Assembly (NCBI GenBank): GCA_964019425.1
Contig: OZ025795.1
Location: 868,001 to 932,000 of the forward strand
DNA: 64,000 nt
Direction: 5' to 3'
Source: Flectonema sp. DT1601
Lineage: Eukaryota
Shown here: piece after piece, positions 58,223 through 64,000 of the stretch
How positions within the stretch are numbered: the first letter of the stretch is position 1
Layout: each line of letters starts with the position of its first letter
Translations under genes and position numbers: made by a program
The notes under the pieces: generated by a model
The model's database searches: none
What the model saw: only the letters and a program-made list of their open reading frames with translations
What the model was told of the DNA's origin: nothing

Positions 58223-59923
58223 CTAGCATTTCGCGCAGGCAACTCTTTTGTTAAATTTGTTGGTTTTGTCGCAGAGGCTGACTCTGCAAAAGCATGACGC
58301 TTTAATTGATTTATCGGCCCTGGCTAAGGCAATATCAAGTTCCATTTGGAAGTGAGGGTCGACTGGTTTTTTCATCATTTTATGACAGTCAACAACACCA
58401 AGCATTGCCCAGATATTCTTGATGTGAATAACTGTGCGGTTGAGACCTGGAGCAAGACCAAGGTCTTGTTTGTACAGTTCCAAGGCTTCCTCCGGGCGAT
58501 TCATCTCAAGAAGAATAGCACCCAGTGCATGACGAGTAGGCTGCATAATACCCCAAGGTTCATCGTATGGAAGTGCGTCTTCCAGTTTGATTGCTTCTCT
58601 TAAGGTAGCAGCAGCTTCTTCGTGATTTCCCTTCACAAATTGCAACTCTCCCTTCATCATAACTCTGTTTACTGATAGAAGATCTACACCAGTATTGTTG
58701 TGAAGAAGTCTGGCCATGCCTGCAGGTACTTTTTTAAAAGCGACTTCGAACGCAGCTTGTTCCTTCTCAGCACTTTCAATGTCGCCTCTACCGATACCAA
58801 ATGCTAATGCTCTGGCGTAGTGAAGACTCGCAGTTGTCACGCAGTTCAGCTCTGCGTTCTTTGGGAACTCTTCAGCTAAGATATCTTCCCAACCACCGAA
58901 TCTAACCATCGTGTGAAACTTTGTTGATTTGTATGCTTCTCCAAACACTGCCAAGGGAAGATCTTCACAAGACAAGAACTCATCAGTTAGGAGGTTCCAC
59001 ATTCCATTTGCAGCCTTCATCGCTTGATCATAAATTCCACTAAACTGAGCCCCGTACATCATAAAGTGAAAGTTATGAACTGCGTACAGTGCGTAGAATT
59101 TTGTACTGAAAGTAGCATTCAGGTACTTGATGTCTTGACTAACAGCGATACGGTTCCAGTACATCGCGTCATAATACATACCACAGAGAATGTGAATGTG
59201 AGTACCCATATGGACTAAATGTCCAAGTTCAGGAAATCCCTCAGCTACGATATCTCCGTATTTGAGTGCTCGTTCTGGAAATGGTGACATCTCATAGCAG
59301 TGGAGGAAGAAGTGACAGATTCCAGGATGTGGTGGTAAGTCCTGACTTTCAATAAGATCTTGACCTTTTTGTAAGTAGTCGAGTGCTTTTAATCCCTGAG
59401 CAGGCTCAGGCATAGGTTCACCCTTTTGAATGTTCCAAAGCTTCCATGGAGTTACTGCCATAATAGCTTCTGCAGCAAGCGCCCAAACGTCAACTTCATT
59501 TTTGTGTTTCTCAACGACTTCACACATTCCCTTACAGAAGTCAATACTCCACTGCAAAACATCACCCTTTTCATCTGCTGGATATCTCTTTGCTAATGCT
59601 GCGAACATTTCTTTCTCCCAAGGATTCTTTGAGTGCTGGAGTTGTTTTTCTCCTTTTGACAACATTTCTCTCGCCCCCTTCAGAACTTCCGATGAGATAA
59701 AATCCCAAGGCATATTGTAATTTGGTCCCATCGAGTAAGACGATAACCAGTATGCCATGGCGCATGTTTCGTCAGATTTGATGCACTCTTCGAAACAGAT
59801 GATTGCTTCAGCGTGATTGTATCCGTACATCCAACCCAGTCCTCTATTAAGCCACTCTTTACACGTATCGTTAGCAGCGATTGATTCCCACTTCCATGGG
59901 CCAACATTGAACGGATAAGACAT
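58223..59923 (-). CDS. TPR-repeat protein with clustered His motifs (bacterial/fungal-type family), intronless
   Basis: GLGWMYGYNHAEA, GPNYN.PW, HPGICHFFLHCYE, GHLVHMGTHI, EDALPYDEPWG.MQPTRHALG. Confidence 0.8.
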   Translation of the reverse strand: MSYPFNVGPWKWESIAANDTCKEWLNRGLGWMYGYNHAEAIICFEECIKSDETCAMAYWLSSYSMGPNYNMPWDFISSEVLKGAREMLSKGEKQLQHSKNPWEKEMFAALAKRYPADEKGDVLQWSIDFCKGMCEVVEKHKNEVDVWALAAEAIMAVTPWKLWNIQKGEPMPEPAQGLKALDYLQKGQDLIESQDLPPHPGICHFFLHCYEMSPFPERALKYGDIVAEGFPELGHLVHMGTHIHILCGMYYDAMYWNRIAVSQDIKYLNATFSTKFYALYAVHNFHFMMYGAQFSGIYDQAMKAANGMWNLLTDEFLSCEDLPLAVFGEAYKSTKFHTMVRFGGWEDILAEEFPKNAELNCVTTASLHYARALAFGIGRGDIESAEKEQAAFEVAFKKVPAGMARLLHNNTGVDLLSVNRVMMKGELQFVKGNHEEAAATLREAIKLEDALPYDEPWGIMQPTRHALGAILLEMNRPEEALELYKQDLGLAPGLNRTVIHIKNIWAMLGVVDCHKMMKKPVDPHFQMELDIALARADKSIKASCFCRVSLCDKTNKFNKRVACAKC

Positions 59924-60156
59924 GTTGTTGTTTTTTTACGAATAATCTGTAAAACCACAAATTGATAATGTTATTGTCGCATAAAGCCAAACATCTCTTG
60001 CGTGTCACGGTGATTCCTGTTATGATTATATAAAATAAAATAAAACGATTATATAAACAAATTTAAACTGATTACAGTATTTAACAGGTGGAAACCCGAT
60101 GTCAGTATTGTAATGAGTGAATAAGAAAGTTAGATTCTCAAGCAAGCAGACCGAAG

Positions 60157-62856
60157 TCATATTGCAAGTGATTCCGAAGATGTAATGTGAGATTTTATTT
60201 TTTTTATTTCACAATCAAGGATAAGTTGATGTTCATCGTTTGCTTTTTTTACAAATCGAAGCTCGTCGTTAAGTCTCATTGTTTCCAATCGCAATCGGTT
60301 GTTGAGTTGATTTATATTCGTATCGAGTTCTTCTATTTTAAGTTCAAGAAGATCTCTTTCTGATCTAGTTTCAGACAAACGTCTTTCTGCATCAGTTATT
60401 GAATCCGTGGCTGTGTCTATAGCTGTGGCAGATAGTTTGCTTTTTGTAATATAGTCATTTTTGAGAGCATGTTTCTTTGAGAGAAGATTGGTAATAACTT
60501 CTGAAGAAGAAGATATTTTTTCACAAACTACCCTCTCGTCAGATTCAATGTTGCGGATCGCAACTGATAGTTTTATCAAATCACCATCAAGGGAGAGTAC
60601 CTCATTGGTTGATGTCATTATCTGTGATGTCAGGTCCTTCTGTTGCAATGACCAAGTTGTGTGTTCTAACATCAAAGCCTCTAAGTTCCCTTTTTCAATT
60701 TGAGCATCACACGCTATTTTTTCATTCACCAACTTCAACTTCTCACATTCATCCGAGATACAACTATACCTCTCCCTTAGAACTGCCACCATCGGTCTTT
60801 CCTCTAATAGTTGATCTTTAACTTTTTGTAAGTTATTTTCCATAATTTCTAAACTATGTTGTTGTCTTGAAATCGCCTTTAAAAGAAGTGTTTCACTCGC
60901 AAGTTTTTGCCGATGTTCATTTTTTGTTGACGACACCATTGTCGATAGTCTGGTTATGTTATTTCGTAAATTAGTCGTTTGAGTTGTGGATTGAGTTTTT
61001 TCGTCGATTAAGGATTCAAGTTCAGAAGAGTACGACTGGAGAGTTTGTGTTAATTTCTTATGAAAATCATCAAAACCAGATGCCTTGCTCACTAAGTCAC
61101 ACATAAGAACCTTATGAGCGCAGTTCATCGATTCAACAAAATCACACATAAGTTGATGTGATGTTTTCGAAGCACAAATCATAAGTTCAGTTTGCTCATA
61201 TTCAAAATTTATTAATTGAACGTTTTGATTATGTTTTATTGTTTCACTTTCACATTGAAGACAAATATTCCTAGCAGTTGATATGTCTGAATAAAACTGT
61301 TCCAGACAATTATCACTACAGTCAGTTCTTTGTTGAATATTACTACAACTGTTGGTAAACTGCACTGAACAGTCAGAGCTCGTATTGCTTAGAATAGAAG
61401 TAATTCCCTTCACACAATCTGCCTGATCAGCTGCTTTATGAATATCTCTTCTCAACTGATACTGAGCAGTGTTGAGGTCATTACCGAGTGTAGTGTTGGT
61501 TGATTCGTAGTGATCTAGCGCGGTTTGGCATTGTGACGTATCTTCAATTATGGAGGCAATTGTTTCGTTGATGCAAGCAGCTTCTTCTTTTAAGATGCTC
61601 GCCTTACCAGAAATTACTGTTATTCTGGTTGAGATTTCAGCTATCTTTCGTTCAGAAGCTTCTATAGAAAGAATTAGCCTGTCCTTGACCGCAGCCATGG
61701 CCGCAGTTGTATTCGACAGCTCAATCGATGCCTCGGAAATCGCTTGCTGCTGTTCTTCAAGACGTTTGTTTTCAGTCAATTTTAATAATTTCCCGAGATT
61801 GTCGGGTGAATTACTTTCCAAAAGAGATCTCATGTCCGTATTACCCAAGTCAAAGTTTACCTTTTTAATTCCAACTTGCGACTTTATAATTGCCGGCACA
61901 CTATTCTTATCTCCAACAACAGCATCTGACTCATCAGAACTCCTCCTTATTGATGAAGGTGGTTTTAGACCTTTAGGTGCACTACGTAAATCAAGTGAAT
62001 CAGTGTTCCTCGATGATTTCGATGTGCTTGAAGCTTTCCGAGGACTATGATCAGTTCTGTGTAGTATAACATGTGGTGATGATCCGCTTCCAACAGAACA
62101 TAACGTACTCCCAGATGATGACCTGCTCGAATCACCAATACTATGAGGTGAAAACTCTGCTGGCTGTAGTACAGTTCTAGTTATCCCGTCATAACTATTA
62201 AACTTAGGACGTACTCTAACTTTAGTTCCTGACTTGTTCCTCCGAGGACGTTTTTGTATCCTAACAGGTTCTCCAGTGAATTCTTTATCCTGCATTGTCA
62301 GAGATAATGAACTTGATCGTGATAATCCAGCACTGATAAAATCAGATTCCAGTGTTGGAGTTGACGGGTTTCGAACCAACGGATTCCCAACACGTTTATC
62401 CTTTCCAAGATTTGGTTCAAATGGGAATTGTACTTTTCTCTTTGGGGATGAGCCTAAACATTTTATATTGATATCTACTTTAAGTAATTGTTGCTTTCTG
62501 TGATGATGTTTCAGAAATAGAATTCCTGCTACCACTACTGGAATGACTAGTATCCATAGAAGCCAAAGTAGTGGAGAAGGGACTTTACATGTAGGACTAC
62601 CACCTGGTTTGTAGCATTGTGGCCCACATTCACTCGGATACGTTGGATTACCTCCACAGTAACCAAGAAATCCATTACTCAAATTACCTGAATGAAGAAC
62701 CATCACTTCACCAGCTTCATGACAACAATATCTAATACCGCCTGGAACAATTGAACACTGTGGGGACACCAATCCACTACACTCACACAAACAGCATTCA
62801 CAACGAGGACAACTAGTCCCTAATACCAATTGAGGTATTATTACCAAGACGTTCAT
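60157..62856 (-). CDS. Single-pass membrane protein: small Cys-rich N-terminal domain, S-rich linker, long coiled coil (899 aa)
   Basis: Hydrophobic N-terminus, Cys cluster, TM LLWLLWILVIPVVVAGILFL, heptad-rich C-terminal half. Confidence 0.75.
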   Translation of the reverse strand: MNVLVIIPQLVLGTSCPRCECCLCECSGLVSPQCSIVPGGIRYCCHEAGEVMVLHSGNLSNGFLGYCGGNPTYPSECGPQCYKPGGSPTCKVPSPLLWLLWILVIPVVVAGILFLKHHHRKQQLLKVDINIKCLGSSPKRKVQFPFEPNLGKDKRVGNPLVRNPSTPTLESDFISAGLSRSSSLSLTMQDKEFTGEPVRIQKRPRRNKSGTKVRVRPKFNSYDGITRTVLQPAEFSPHSIGDSSRSSSGSTLCSVGSGSSPHVILHRTDHSPRKASSTSKSSRNTDSLDLRSAPKGLKPPSSIRRSSDESDAVVGDKNSVPAIIKSQVGIKKVNFDLGNTDMRSLLESNSPDNLGKLLKLTENKRLEEQQQAISEASIELSNTTAAMAAVKDRLILSIEASERKIAEISTRITVISGKASILKEEAACINETIASIIEDTSQCQTALDHYESTNTTLGNDLNTAQYQLRRDIHKAADQADCVKGITSILSNTSSDCSVQFTNSCSNIQQRTDCSDNCLEQFYSDISTARNICLQCESETIKHNQNVQLINFEYEQTELMICASKTSHQLMCDFVESMNCAHKVLMCDLVSKASGFDDFHKKLTQTLQSYSSELESLIDEKTQSTTQTTNLRNNITRLSTMVSSTKNEHRQKLASETLLLKAISRQQHSLEIMENNLQKVKDQLLEERPMVAVLRERYSCISDECEKLKLVNEKIACDAQIEKGNLEALMLEHTTWSLQQKDLTSQIMTSTNEVLSLDGDLIKLSVAIRNIESDERVVCEKISSSSEVITNLLSKKHALKNDYITKSKLSATAIDTATDSITDAERRLSETRSERDLLELKIEELDTNINQLNNRLRLETMRLNDELRFVKKANDEHQLILDCEIKKIKSHITSSESLAI

Positions 62857-63309
62857 TGTTGTTCACATTCATCAGGGTATGAATTTAGAAGAAACAGACT
62901 GGTTGGTTACAAATAATAGATTAAAATCATTAAGGCCATGTGTACAGTGTACGCTTCTTAATTGTCCCATTTTTATATACGACCTGTGAAACAGACAATG
63001 CAAATGAGACCTGTTAGGTATACAAACTAACAGCTTTACAAAGGGGACATCTTGTTAGGATGTCGCTCGTTGTTGAAACTGTTAACTGATACTGTAAACA
63101 GCATTAATCCGATCATCACATTGAGAGAGTGAATCATTTTGTGGTTAAGTAACTATTAATAAAAATATTATTAAAAATTAATTTTTTAAAAAAAATAAGT
63201 AATCAACAAAAGTCAGATTTTTCAGCTTCATAAACACGTATCACACCACACAGAGAAAGAGATAACAGAATGGAGCTGAGCATCTACATGAATAAAACCT
63301 TTTATAAAG

Positions 63310-63340
<31 letters not shown>

Positions 63341-64000
63341 AAAGGAAAGGAAAGGAAAGATTCGACTAAAAAGTTATTTAAAAAAAAAAAAGAAAAAAGA
63401 AAAGTGCCAAACTTCTTGAGGATAATAAAGATCAAAAAATCAAACCGTGGGAGGAAATACTTTTTTTGAAAAGAACTTAATCTCATCTCCGTTTATAAAA
63501 AAAAAAAAATTTAAAAAAAAAAAACATGCGACCTCGGATGTGAAATATAAAGAGGAAGAAAGAAAAAAGTAATAATTATTTGAATTGCTAAACAAAAGAG
63601 AACACAACGAGAAACTCGTCGGTCTTCATTACAACTATCGCCTATAAGACGAATACAGCCACCCGGGATATGCACATGAAATGGCCTGCCTTTCAGTTAA
63701 GAAAACACAGATTTATATTTCAACTTAGCAGAAAAGGTTTTTTTTTCTTTCTTTCTCAATTGGGTTCACCTTTCAACAGCAACAAAAAAAATAAAAAATA
63801 AAAAGAACTCTTCGAGAACATTTGGGAATAATAAAAAAAAAAAGAAAAAGGTGAGATGATAAGCCTTAGTGGCTCACCGTGCGTGACGTTCGGGGGGTGA
63901 GGGAAAAAATTTGTTGTATTATTCCACGAGACAAGAAAACTTCGACTCTAGCTAAGTGGCACAGTAGCTGTAAGTACTACCAGGAGCTAGGAAAGAGCAA

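Noticed and set aside
62960..63119. GTGATGA plus local hairpins on the minus strand as another snoRNA
   Set aside because: No CTGA box D at a suitable distance and no recognisable rRNA complement.
63945..63991. CTAGCT...AGCTAG hairpin as a single-hairpin H/ACA-like RNA
   Set aside because: Pseudouridylation pocket too small, AGA box overlaps the stem, and it lies at the window edge.

Overview
AT-rich eukaryotic nuclear DNA. About 24 protein-coding genes lie head-to-tail on the minus strand, some less than 200 bp apart. Several are split by short (mostly 62-88 nt) GT-AG introns. This layout suggests a euglenozoan, most likely a diplonemid (inference). Recognisable genes are a large Cys-repeat/fasciclin surface protein (runs off the left edge and is missed by the ORF track), a GT-A-like glycosyltransferase, DNAAF3, a 4-exon myosin, a PDZ membrane protein, a RING-H2 protein, TMEM138, a ubiquitin-like+LRR protein, a GC-rich vWA/F-box/UBA protein, an Rpp20/Alba-like protein, a DOMON protein, a DUF789-like protein, CstF-64, a ~1700 aa RNI-like LRR protein and a His-rich TPR protein. 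The main hidden feature is the ~289-bp x8 tandem array at 8677-10936. It is not coding and not CRISPR. Read on the minus strand, each unit encodes two box C/D snoRNAs (16 genes in total). One is U33/snR55-like (SSU Um1269, yeast numbering). The other is U74/snR64-like (LSU Cm2337). Both carry extra rRNA-antisense elements. There is also a MITE with palindromic TIRs, a dispersed deletion-series repeat family with some rolling-circle-like ends, and an apparent contrast between A-rich cis-intron 3' ends and pyrimidine-rich 5'-UTR acceptors. rRNA sequences and numbering are recalled from conserved yeast/eukaryotic rRNA, not from this organism's rDNA.
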